Shown in pieces: positions 19,473 to 28,900 of a stretch of DNA of 54,965 nt. Source of the DNA: Verrucomicrobiota bacterium (GTDB lineage: Bacteria > Verrucomicrobiota > Verrucomicrobiia > Opitutales > Opitutaceae); NCBI GenBank assembly GCA_023410155.1, contig JAEYQF010000374.1, positions 1 through 54,965 of the forward strand, in the 5' to 3' direction. Numbering within the stretch: the first letter of the stretch is position 1; each line of letters opens with the position of its first letter. The notes below the pieces were generated by a model that was not told where the DNA came from, did not search any database, and saw nothing but the letters and a program-made list of their open reading frames with translations. The translations under genes and the position numbers were made by a program.

Positions 19473-20543
19473 CTAGAACACGAGGTGACGTGCGAGAAAC
19501 GGGAGCACGCGCGCGTCGAAGCGGCCGTGCTCGCGCCAATTCTCGTGCCAGTAGACTCCGCGGTATTCCTCCGCTTCGTGTTCCACGCCGAGAAGATCGA
19601 GTTTTCGCGACAACGCCGCGCTGCCGTAAACGTGATCCTGGACCGGATCGTAGCGGGCCCAATCGAGCGCCACCGCGCGCAGGCGGCGCAGGTTGTCCGC
19701 GTAGTGGTCGGCGATCTCGACGATTGCGAAGCCGGCCACGAGTTTACGCGCGTTCTCCGGGTGATACACGAGCTGCCCGTCGCGTTTATCCATGAGAAAA
19801 TCGCAGTAGAACGGGGGGCGATTGGGATTGGGCAAAAATGCCTGACTCATCGTCACGAAGATTTGGGAAATGTGCTCGCCTCCGAGATCGGCGAAGGATT
19901 TCGCCGCGTGAATCTTTTCCCAATTGGGATACCATTGCACGGGCAAGAGCCCTGTGCCGGTGCGGACCGGATTGAGCGCATACGCGACGCTGAAGACATC
20001 CGGGTGGCGCATCGCAATCAGCAGCGCGCCGCCGCCGCCCATCATCTCGCCGACGAGGGCGCGACTCTCGGCGCCGCGCAGGGTGCGATAGGTGCGATCG
20101 ATGAACGGCACGAGTTCCTCGACGGTGTGGTCCAGCCAGCGACCGGTGGCGGGAGAGTTTTCGTAGAGGCTCCCGGTGCTCGGCGAACTGTAGTCGCCGA
20201 TGACAACGATGAACTCGGCCGTTTTCCCCGCCGCGAAGCCGCGTTGGAGGAGGCGGAGGATTTTCCCGTCGGCGAGCATCTGCTCGGGCGACTGGAAGAT
20301 GCTGTGGCAAAGATAGACGACGGGGCAGGACTTGCCTGAACTCGCGTAGCTCGGCGGCAGAATGACTTTGATCTGACGCACCGGATCGAGGTCGGTGCGC
20401 GTGTCCCGCAGCACGGTCGAGGTGAGCGAGTGAGAGACGACGGCAAGTGCGGGAGCATCCGCGGCGCGGGCGGCAACGGGACCTGCCAGGCAGAGAATGG
20501 CAAACCAGCAGAGAAACGGGACGCGAAGTAGAGTGGTGTTCAT
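19473..20543 (-). CDS. Secreted putative-esterase-fold protein lacking the nucleophile Ser (paralogue 1)
   Basis: VILPPSY, PVVYLCH, ELVPFIDRTYRT, RALVGEMMGG, HPDVFSVAYA; signal peptide. Confidence 0.85.
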   Translation of the reverse strand: MNTTLLRVPFLCWFAILCLAGPVAARAADAPALAVVSHSLTSTVLRDTRTDLDPVRQIKVILPPSYASSGKSCPVVYLCHSIFQSPEQMLADGKILRLLQRGFAAGKTAEFIVVIGDYSSPSTGSLYENSPATGRWLDHTVEELVPFIDRTYRTLRGAESRALVGEMMGGGGALLIAMRHPDVFSVAYALNPVRTGTGLLPVQWYPNWEKIHAAKSFADLGGEHISQIFVTMSQAFLPNPNRPPFYCDFLMDKRDGQLVYHPENARKLVAGFAIVEIADHYADNLRRLRAVALDWARYDPVQDHVYGSAALSRKLDLLGVEHEAEEYRGVYWHENWREHGRFDARVLPFLARHLVF

Positions 20544-20589
20544 GGAACGCGGAAAGTGCGGGTGTGAATTACGATGTGGCGTGGGTGTT

Positions 20590-21666
20590 TCAGCGCGTGC
20601 CAACCACGAGGTGGCGGCCGAGAAATGGCAGGACGCGCGTGTAGAAGCGGCCGTCGGCGGTCCAGTTTTTGTCCCACTGGTTGCCGTTGTATTCCTCGGC
20701 GGTGTGTTCGATGCCGAGTTGGTCCAGCGTGCGCGTGAACGCCTGGTTCGAATACACGTGACTTTGCGTCACGTCGTAGCGGCCCCAGTCAAAGGCGAGT
20801 CCGCGCATCTGCCGGAGGCTGTCGGCTTTTTCCCGCAGGAGTTCGTCGAGGTAAAAACTCTGCTCCATCTTGCGGACGTTGGCGGCGTTGAGCGTCGGCT
20901 CGCCGTTCACCAGCTCGACGATGAAGTCGCAGTAGAAAGGCGGACGGTCGGGATTCGGCAGATACGCCTGCGCGATCGCGACGAAGCCGGGCGCGTAGTA
21001 ATCGCTCCAAAGGTCGGAGAACGATTTCGCGGCGTGCAGCCGGCGCCAGTCGACCATCGACTGCATCGGCATCAAGCCGCTGCCGGTCGCGACCGGATGC
21101 ATCGCGTAAACGACGCTGAAGAGATCGGGCCGGAGCATGGCGAACTTCAGTGCGCCGTAACCGCCGAGGAAATCGCCCACGATGGCGCGACTCTCACGCT
21201 GCGGCAGCGTGCGGAACCGTCCGTCGATGAACGGCACGAGTTCGTCGATCGTGAAGTCGAGCCAGCGTCCGGTCGTCGACGAGTTTTCGAACCAACTGCC
21301 CATCGTCGGCGAACTGTAGTCGGCGGCGACGAGGATGAACTCCGACACGAGACCGGCGGCGACGGCGCGCTCGATCAGGCGCACGAGGTTGCCGTCCTCG
21401 AACATCTTTTCCGGGTTCCAGTTGATCGAGTGGCAGTAATACACAACTGGATACGCCTTGCCGGAGTTCGCATAGCCGGGCGGCAGGTAGACTTTGACGC
21501 TGCGATCGGGATCCAGGCCGGTGAGGGTTTCGCGGAGCGCGTGGGACTGGAGATGTTCGGTGACGACCGTGCCGCGTGGCGGATTCTCGGCGCGGGCAAG
21601 GGTGGCGGCGGCGAGCAAGAGGAGCGTGAGCGCGGTGAGACACACGTGGCGAAGCGACGAGTTCAT
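20590..21666 (-). CDS. Secreted putative-esterase-fold protein lacking the nucleophile Ser (paralogue 2)
   Basis: VYLPPGY, YPVVYYCH, ELVPFIDGRFRT, RAIVGDFLGGYGA, PDLFSVVYA; signal peptide. Confidence 0.85.
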   Translation of the reverse strand: MNSSLRHVCLTALTLLLLAAATLARAENPPRGTVVTEHLQSHALRETLTGLDPDRSVKVYLPPGYANSGKAYPVVYYCHSINWNPEKMFEDGNLVRLIERAVAAGLVSEFILVAADYSSPTMGSWFENSSTTGRWLDFTIDELVPFIDGRFRTLPQRESRAIVGDFLGGYGALKFAMLRPDLFSVVYAMHPVATGSGLMPMQSMVDWRRLHAAKSFSDLWSDYYAPGFVAIAQAYLPNPDRPPFYCDFIVELVNGEPTLNAANVRKMEQSFYLDELLREKADSLRQMRGLAFDWGRYDVTQSHVYSNQAFTRTLDQLGIEHTAEEYNGNQWDKNWTADGRFYTRVLPFLGRHLVVGTR

Positions 21667-21767
21667 GGATGGCGAGCAGCAGACGGGAAACTGCCTCGAA
21701 CGCCGGCGGGCGTGGTTGCCCGGTCGACTCGAGACGGACGCAGGCTACGCGTTTCTCGCGCGCGAAT

Positions 21768-21822
21768 CGTCCGAGCCGAACGGCTCGAACGCGCAAAACG
21801 TCCGAATCGGACGGCTCGTCCG
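21768..21822. promoter_or_regulatory. Paired 24-bp direct repeats, candidate AraC operator
   Basis: cgtccgagccgaacggctcgaacg (21768) and cgtccgaatcggacggctcgtccg (21799), 31 bp apart, upstream of the esterase-fold pair. Confidence 0.6.
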
Positions 21823-21829
21823 CAGAGAC

Positions 21830-23041
21830 TTACGAAGCCGGTGCGTTACTCGCGCGAAATTCGGTCGGCGTCATGCCGACGTGGCGGCGGAAGGCGGTGT
21901 TGAAGGTCGACTTCGAGTTGAAGCCGACCTCCAGCGCGATCTCGAGCACGGTCTTGTCCGGCGATTCGCGCAGCAACTGCCGCGCGCGCTCGATCCGGTA
22001 GCGATTCACCAGTTCGTAGAAATTGGACTGCAGGTCCTGATTGATCACCTGGGAGACCGCGTGGGCGTTTTCTTTCAGCTCGGCGCAGAGTTTGCGGAGG
22101 CTGAGCAGGCTGTCGGTGTAGAGCGCGCCGCTCGTCATCGCGGTCTCGAGTTTGCGCTGGATGCGGGCGCGGACGTCCGGATCGAGCCGCGCCCGGGCGT
22201 ATTTCGTTTCCACCGTTGAGGTCGGGATCGGGAGCGCGGGCGCGGGAGCGACGAGCGTGGCGGAGGACGTTTCCTCGACCGACGGTTCGGCGATCGGTTG
22301 GGGCGCGTTTCCGAGCGCGGCGCGGCGCACGATCAGGTAAATCGAGCCGACGACGATGCTCACCTCGATGAATGCGGCGAGCACGAGCAGACTCGCGCGC
22401 GCGTGCGTGATGCATTGCACGACACGGAGCACGCCGAACACCCACGTGGTGGCGACGATCACGAGTGGCAAGTGCAGCCACGCGCGCGATTCGGCGGATG
22501 CAGTTGCCGGAGTGGGCGCGGCCAAATCGGCCTTTGCGATCAACAAGCGGCGGCAACGCCCCAGATAAAACGGCACCTGCCACACGAAGATGCCGATGCA
22601 TGCCAGCATGCCCGCATGAATGAGCCGCGAGTGCCACGCTGCCGTGAGATTGGCAGGATCGACGTAGTCCGTGCCGAAGTGCGCGCGCAGCAACAGTGGC
22701 GTGGTGAACACGAACCCAGCCACGATCAACGCGAGCTGCGTGCGGCCAAGCGAGCGAAAGCCGGGACGTGCGCCCTCGACGATTTCCCGCACCGCGAGCC
22801 ACAGCACCGGTGCCATCAGCAAGGCGCCACTCAATCGCAGACCGAGCCAGAGCGCTTTGAGCGGTGTCGCCGGATGTGCCATCAACACCTCCAGCGCAAA
22901 GCCGAATGCCTCCACGCCGAGGAAGATGGTGAAGTAGTCGAGCGAACGTCCGGCCCGCCGTTCGCGCGCGCCGAGCAGACCGGCGGAAAACAAACACAGC
23001 GTGAGTGCCGCCGTGTAGAGAGACGTGTGCAGACCGTTCAT
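21830..23041 (-). CDS. Membrane-anchored AraC family regulator
   Basis: About 6-7 N-terminal hydrophobic helices; KYARARL, LSLRKL, VSQVIN, NFYELVNRYRI, IALEVGFNSKSTFNTAFRRHVGMTPTEFR. Confidence 0.92.
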   Translation of the reverse strand: MNGLHTSLYTAALTLCLFSAGLLGARERRAGRSLDYFTIFLGVEAFGFALEVLMAHPATPLKALWLGLRLSGALLMAPVLWLAVREIVEGARPGFRSLGRTQLALIVAGFVFTTPLLLRAHFGTDYVDPANLTAAWHSRLIHAGMLACIGIFVWQVPFYLGRCRRLLIAKADLAAPTPATASAESRAWLHLPLVIVATTWVFGVLRVVQCITHARASLLVLAAFIEVSIVVGSIYLIVRRAALGNAPQPIAEPSVEETSSATLVAPAPALPIPTSTVETKYARARLDPDVRARIQRKLETAMTSGALYTDSLLSLRKLCAELKENAHAVSQVINQDLQSNFYELVNRYRIERARQLLRESPDKTVLEIALEVGFNSKSTFNTAFRRHVGMTPTEFRASNAPAS

Positions 23042-23175
23042 CCGGGGAGAAGACGGGCTGAGTGAAGCAAAACTCTGTCGCGCGAAAAGCGCGAAAGCCC
23101 GACGGGTCTCGTCGGGCTGGTTGGAGAAAGCGTCTCCTCCCGGCGGGTGCTGCGGAGTGCAATCCGCAGCCGAGA

Positions 23176-24474
<1,299 letters not shown>

Positions 24475-24515
24475 GGGGAAGGGAGGGAGTGAACGCGAAT
24501 TCTAAGCGCAGCTCC

Positions 24516-25487
24516 TCAGGGAAGTTCGAGCACGATCTTCCCGATGTGCTCGCTGCTTTCCATCAAACGGTGCGCGGCGGCGGCTTCGCTGCAGGGGAAA
24601 ACCTTATACACATTCGCGCGAAAGCGTCCGCCGGTGACGAGCGGCCACACGCGCTCCTCGATCTCGCGGGCGAGCGCGGTCTTGAATTCGACTTCGCGGC
24701 TGCGCAGCGTGCTGCCGGTGATCGTGAGGCGGCGCGACATCACGTGCATCAGGTTGAGCTCCACCTTCGCACCTTTCGCGGAGTTGATGAAAACGAGACG
24801 TCCTTCGGGGCGCAGCAGGCTGACGTTTTTGGCGAAGTAATCGCCGCCGATCATGTCGAGGATCACGTCAACGCCGTCGCTCTTCAGCGCGGCCTCGAAA
24901 TCGGTTGCCTTGTAGTTGATGCAACGCTCGGCGCCGGCGGCTTCCGCGGCGCGGCATTTTTCTTCGGAACCCGCGGTCGCGAACACCCGCGACCCGAGCA
25001 GCTTCGCCAATTGAATCGCGGCCATGCCGATGCCGCTCGTGCCGCCGTGGACGAGAAACGTTTCGCCCGGCTGGAGGCGTCCGCGCTGAAATACGTTGGA
25101 CCACACCGTGAACAACGCCTCGGGCAGCGCGGCTCCGTCGGTGAGCGAGATATTCTCCGGGACGGGCAGGCAGTGGCCCGCGTTGACCGCCACGAGTTCC
25201 GCATAGCCGCCGCCCGCGAGCAGCGCGCACACGCGGTCGCCCACGCGAAAGCGAGTGACCGCAGCGCCGCACGCTTGCACCACACCTGCGACCTCGAGCC
25301 CCGGAATGTCGGCTGCGACGCCGGGCGGCGCCGGATAGTGGCCCTTGCGCTGGATCACGTCGGCGCGATTCACGCCAGCGGCTTTCACGCGGATCAACAC
25401 CTCCTCCGGGCCCATCGCCGGCTGGTCACGCTCGGCGAGCGTGAGAACATCGGCAGCACCGGGCTGGGCAAACACGACGGCTTTCAT
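24516..25487 (-). CDS. NAD(P)H-quinone oxidoreductase, PIG3 family
   Basis: GVNRADVIQRKGHYP, PGLEVAG, HGGTSGIG, TGSTLRSR, HIGKIVL. Confidence 0.93.
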   Translation of the reverse strand: MKAVVFAQPGAADVLTLAERDQPAMGPEEVLIRVKAAGVNRADVIQRKGHYPAPPGVAADIPGLEVAGVVQACGAAVTRFRVGDRVCALLAGGGYAELVAVNAGHCLPVPENISLTDGAALPEALFTVWSNVFQRGRLQPGETFLVHGGTSGIGMAAIQLAKLLGSRVFATAGSEEKCRAAEAAGAERCINYKATDFEAALKSDGVDVILDMIGGDYFAKNVSLLRPEGRLVFINSAKGAKVELNLMHVMSRRLTITGSTLRSREVEFKTALAREIEERVWPLVTGGRFRANVYKVFPCSEAAAAHRLMESSEHIGKIVLELP

Positions 25488-25667
25488 GCTCGCCAAACAA
25501 AGCGACTGTCGCACCCCGGCAACCTCGTTTGCGCGATCGGCGTGCGAAGCACCGAAGTATTAGCGCCACGGGCACTTGATCGCGAGATCGCGAATGAGGG
25601 CGAGGCGTTCGAGCGTAGCGCCTAAAGTGAACTGGCGCAGCGCCGCTGCGCGTGCTTGGTTCCGCGC

Positions 25668-26594
25668 GTGAGTATCGCTTTTCAGAAAGTTGCCGTCGTC
25701 GGCTCCGGCGCGCTCGGGCTGTTTTATGGTTCTCGACTCGGCCTTGGCGGGGCCGACGTGCGTTTCCTGATGCGTCGCGATCTCGACGCGGTGCGCGCGC
25801 GCGGATCGACAATCATCAACGTGAAGGAAAACGACACGCGTGAGGAACTGCGTCCGGTCTCCGTCTTTGCCTCTGCGCAGGAGATGGGTCCGGTCGATCT
25901 CGTGCTCGTGACACTCAAGACGACCGCTAACGACGCGCTTGCGCAACTGCTGCCGCCGCTGCTCGGCCCCACTACCGCCGTGCTTACGTTGCAAAACGGC
26001 CTTGGCGCGGACGAACAGATCGCGGCGATCGCCGGCCCAGAACGCGTGCTCGGCTCGCTGGCGTTTATCGCGTCCACGCGCACGGGCGCGGGAGAAGTGA
26101 CCGTGTTTCACGTGGGTGGCATCACGCTCGGCGAGTTTGGCCGCGCGGCCACCGATCGCACGCGCGCACTGGCCGCGCAGTTCAAAGCAGCGGGCGTGAA
26201 AGTGAAACTCGTGGACGATCTCATGGGTGCACGCTGGCACAAGCTCGTGTGGAATGTGCCCTTCAACGGCCTCGCCGTAGCGGGCAACATCACGACGGAC
26301 CTCATCTGCTCCGATCCCATCCGCGCGCAACGCGTGCATGCCCTCATGCGCGAAGTGCAGTCCGCCGCCGCGCTTTTCGGCACGAAGATCTCCGACGATT
26401 TTCTCAAGCAGCAGTTCGACGTCACGCCTCCCATGGGTGCGTATCAGCCGTCGAGCCTTGTCGATTTCCGCGCAGGCCGCGAGGTAGAGATTGAGTCGAT
26501 CTGGGGCGAGCCGCTCCGCCGCGCGCAGGCCAAAGGCGCCGCGATGCCCGAACTCGCCCGGCTGTATCAGGAACTCAAGGACACCGCCGCCTGA
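25668..26594 (+). CDS. panE: 2-dehydropantoate 2-reductase (ApbA/PanE family)
   Basis: VVGSGALG, VTLKT, LQNGLG, WHKLVWN, SSLVDF..GREVEIESI. Confidence 0.85.
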   Translation: MSIAFQKVAVVGSGALGLFYGSRLGLGGADVRFLMRRDLDAVRARGSTIINVKENDTREELRPVSVFASAQEMGPVDLVLVTLKTTANDALAQLLPPLLGPTTAVLTLQNGLGADEQIAAIAGPERVLGSLAFIASTRTGAGEVTVFHVGGITLGEFGRAATDRTRALAAQFKAAGVKVKLVDDLMGARWHKLVWNVPFNGLAVAGNITTDLICSDPIRAQRVHALMREVQSAAALFGTKISDDFLKQQFDVTPPMGAYQPSSLVDFRAGREVEIESIWGEPLRRAQAKGAAMPELARLYQELKDTAA

Positions 26595-26719
26595 GTCCCG
26601 AACCTACCGTTGTTCAGCTCCGAGCCATCGCCCCCATCAGCACCGCGCCCGGCAAAAAGTCATACATTATATGACGATACCGTTTTTGCGAGCGGGCTTG
26701 GGATGAGGGCGGTGCGGCA

Positions 26720-26776
26720 ATCACGCGGTGATCACGCCGGCGATTACGCGGCGATCACGCGGTGATCACGCCGGTG
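26720..26776. repeat. Short tandem repeat duplicating the OPT gene 3' end
   Basis: atcacgcggtgatcacgccgg at 26720 and again at 26754 (the second overlaps the stop codon), with attacgcggcg between. Confidence 0.75.
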
Positions 26777-28575
26777 ACGATCAGCGCGGCGATGAGGATG
26801 CCCATGAGGCTTTCGCCGGCAATCAAACCCGAGGCAACGGGGACGACGGTTTTTTCGGCGAGCGACGGGGACTTGCGGCGCATCCATTCCGCGGCGGCGG
26901 CGCCGATGAACATCGCGATGCCGTTCGAGCCGGGAATCACCATCGCGATGCCGAAGCCCGCGGGCGAGGGTAGCAGCGGCTTCAGTTTCTTCGGCGCGAA
27001 TTTTTCCGCGAGCGCGAGCGCCACGCCGAGCGCGAAGCCGATGAGGACCGCGCTCTTTGCGGAGCCGGGCAGCGCGGCGAGTCCCTGCGAAAAAGCCTGC
27101 GACACACCAGCCCAGACGACGCACGACGGAGCGGGCCACGCTTCGGTGCCGAGCGCACTCGGATCGGGGATGATGAGGTTGAACGCCGGCACGATGATCG
27201 CCGCGCCGATGGCGACGCCGAAGAGCTGCGCATAAAATTGGTGACGCGGTTTCGCCCCGAGGAGCCAGCCCGTCTTCAATGTCGTGAGCAGATCCGCGGC
27301 GTGCAATCCGACACCGCCCGTGACATTGGCCGACATGATGTTGCCACTCAGGTTTCCGGGCGTGATCACCCCGTAAATCACCTGCGTGACCGGGCCGAGC
27401 GCCTTTGTCGGTGTGACGTCGGTTTCGCCCGTCACGCGCGCGGCGACAAACCCCATCGCCACCGCGAGCGGGATCGCGACGAGTCCGGCCCACGCGGGAA
27501 TTTGAAACAGCACGACCATCAACCACACCACGAGCGGCGACAGCACCACGAAACCCAGCGGGAACCACCACTCGGGACACTCGATCCGCGCGAGTTCGTT
27601 GTCGCCCTCGGCGGCGCGCGGATTTCGCGAAAAGATGCGCGTGAGTCCACCAAACGAACGCGCGATGCTCTGATAATCCAACGCAAACGAGGTGAGCCCT
27701 GACGCGACGAGGATCGCGGCACCCGGCCAGAGTGTCCACGCGACGATCGTCTTGTAGCTCACGCTTGCGATTTCGCCCTGGGCGAGCAGCGCGGGTGCGA
27801 GCACGCCATACGTGAGCAGTCCGCCGAGCAGCATCGACCAGCCGGTGCGAAAACTCATGAGCGCACCGCCGCCGATCAGCACGACCTCGGCTTTAAGCGC
27901 GAGCGTCCACTCGGCGAGTGCGCGACCCGCGAGCGTGAAGGGAATCGCGATCGTCGTCGGAATGATGTGCCACGCGTCGCGCAGCAATGTGATCACCGCG
28001 GCAAACGCGCCCGAGCCGGCGAGCCACAGCGCCTTGCTTTTGCCTGCGCCCGCGGCGGCTTCGTGGATCGAGGCGATTGTTTCGGCCGTCGCGGTGCCGG
28101 TGGGAAACGACAGGCCCTCTTTATTGATCAGCTGTCGTTTGATCGGAATCGCCGCGAAGACGCCGAGCGCCGCGATGAGCGCATACCACACAATGAGTGA
28201 GAACGTGTCGGGTCGCACCGTGGTGATCATGAGCAATGCGCCGAGTGCGGCCATGTTGCCGCCGCCGGTCATGTAGCCCGCGCCGGAGGCGACCGTGGTG
28301 AGCGCGTTGTTCTCCAGCGCGCCGAGCGGCTTCTCCACGAGCCGCAGCGCCTGGAGCAGTTGAAACGAGCCGAACGCGAGAATGCACGCGGTCAACGTGA
28401 CGCCCATGCTCCAACCCGTCTTGAAAAACACGTAGAGGTTCGAGAGACACATCGCGATGCCGATGAGCATGCCGATGAGGACCGCGCGCACGGTGAGATT
28501 GGGCGCGTGCGGCTGGTAGGTTTTGGCGAGCCATTCGGCTTCGCGATCGAGGAGCGGGGACGGCAATGAACTCAT
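26755..28575 (-). CDS. OPT family oligopeptide transporter
   Basis: LTVRAVLIG, NLYVFFKTG, LENN, FPTGTATA, GETDVTP, LKTGWLLGA, ASGLIAGESL; many TM helices. Confidence 0.93.
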   Translation of the reverse strand: MSSLPSPLLDREAEWLAKTYQPHAPNLTVRAVLIGMLIGIAMCLSNLYVFFKTGWSMGVTLTACILAFGSFQLLQALRLVEKPLGALENNALTTVASGAGYMTGGGNMAALGALLMITTVRPDTFSLIVWYALIAALGVFAAIPIKRQLINKEGLSFPTGTATAETIASIHEAAAGAGKSKALWLAGSGAFAAVITLLRDAWHIIPTTIAIPFTLAGRALAEWTLALKAEVVLIGGGALMSFRTGWSMLLGGLLTYGVLAPALLAQGEIASVSYKTIVAWTLWPGAAILVASGLTSFALDYQSIARSFGGLTRIFSRNPRAAEGDNELARIECPEWWFPLGFVVLSPLVVWLMVVLFQIPAWAGLVAIPLAVAMGFVAARVTGETDVTPTKALGPVTQVIYGVITPGNLSGNIMSANVTGGVGLHAADLLTTLKTGWLLGAKPRHQFYAQLFGVAIGAAIIVPAFNLIIPDPSALGTEAWPAPSCVVWAGVSQAFSQGLAALPGSAKSAVLIGFALGVALALAEKFAPKKLKPLLPSPAGFGIAMVIPGSNGIAMFIGAAAAEWMRRKSPSLAEKTVVPVASGLIAGESLMGILIAALIVTGVITA

Positions 28576-28613
28576 GCAGGCGAAGGCTGCGCAAAGCCTG
28601 CTGCTCGACTCGA

Positions 28614-28723
28614 GTCGGGCCAAGTCTCGAAACGCGTCGGACCAAAGTGCGGACTGGGTCGGGACACGTCGCGGCTCGAGTCGGGCCACGTTGCGGATCG
28701 GGTCGAGCCATGGTGCGGCGCGA
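28614..28723 (+). repeat. Intergenic tandem array of about 10 degenerate 11-bp units
   Basis: gtcgggccaag|tctcgaaacgc|gtcggaccaaa|gtgcggactgg|gtcgggacacg|tcgcggctcga|gtcgggccacg|ttgcggatcgg|gtcgagccatg|gtgcggcgcga. Confidence 0.85.
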
Positions 28724-28730
28724 TCGTGAA

Positions 28731-28786
28731 GAACCACGCAGACACGGAGTGGCCTGAGGCTCCAGGGCTCTGTGTCTCTGCGGTTC
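28731..28786. repeat. Imperfect palindromic element of the CACAGAGACACAGAG type
   Basis: gaaccacgcagacacggag ... ctctgtgtctctgcggttc inverted arms. Confidence 0.6.
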
Positions 28787-28900
28787 GAAGCCGGCGAACC
28801 GCGCGATTGAAGTGGATGATTTGCGATGCCGTTGATCCGGCGTGGGCGCCGTCGTTCACAGGTGACTTGCGAGGTCGGCGGCGATTTGGGAAATTCGGGC

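Noticed and set aside
24475..24515. SAM riboswitch or T-box upstream of metY
   Set aside because: Only about 40 bp separate it from the upstream gene and no aptamer motifs are visible.
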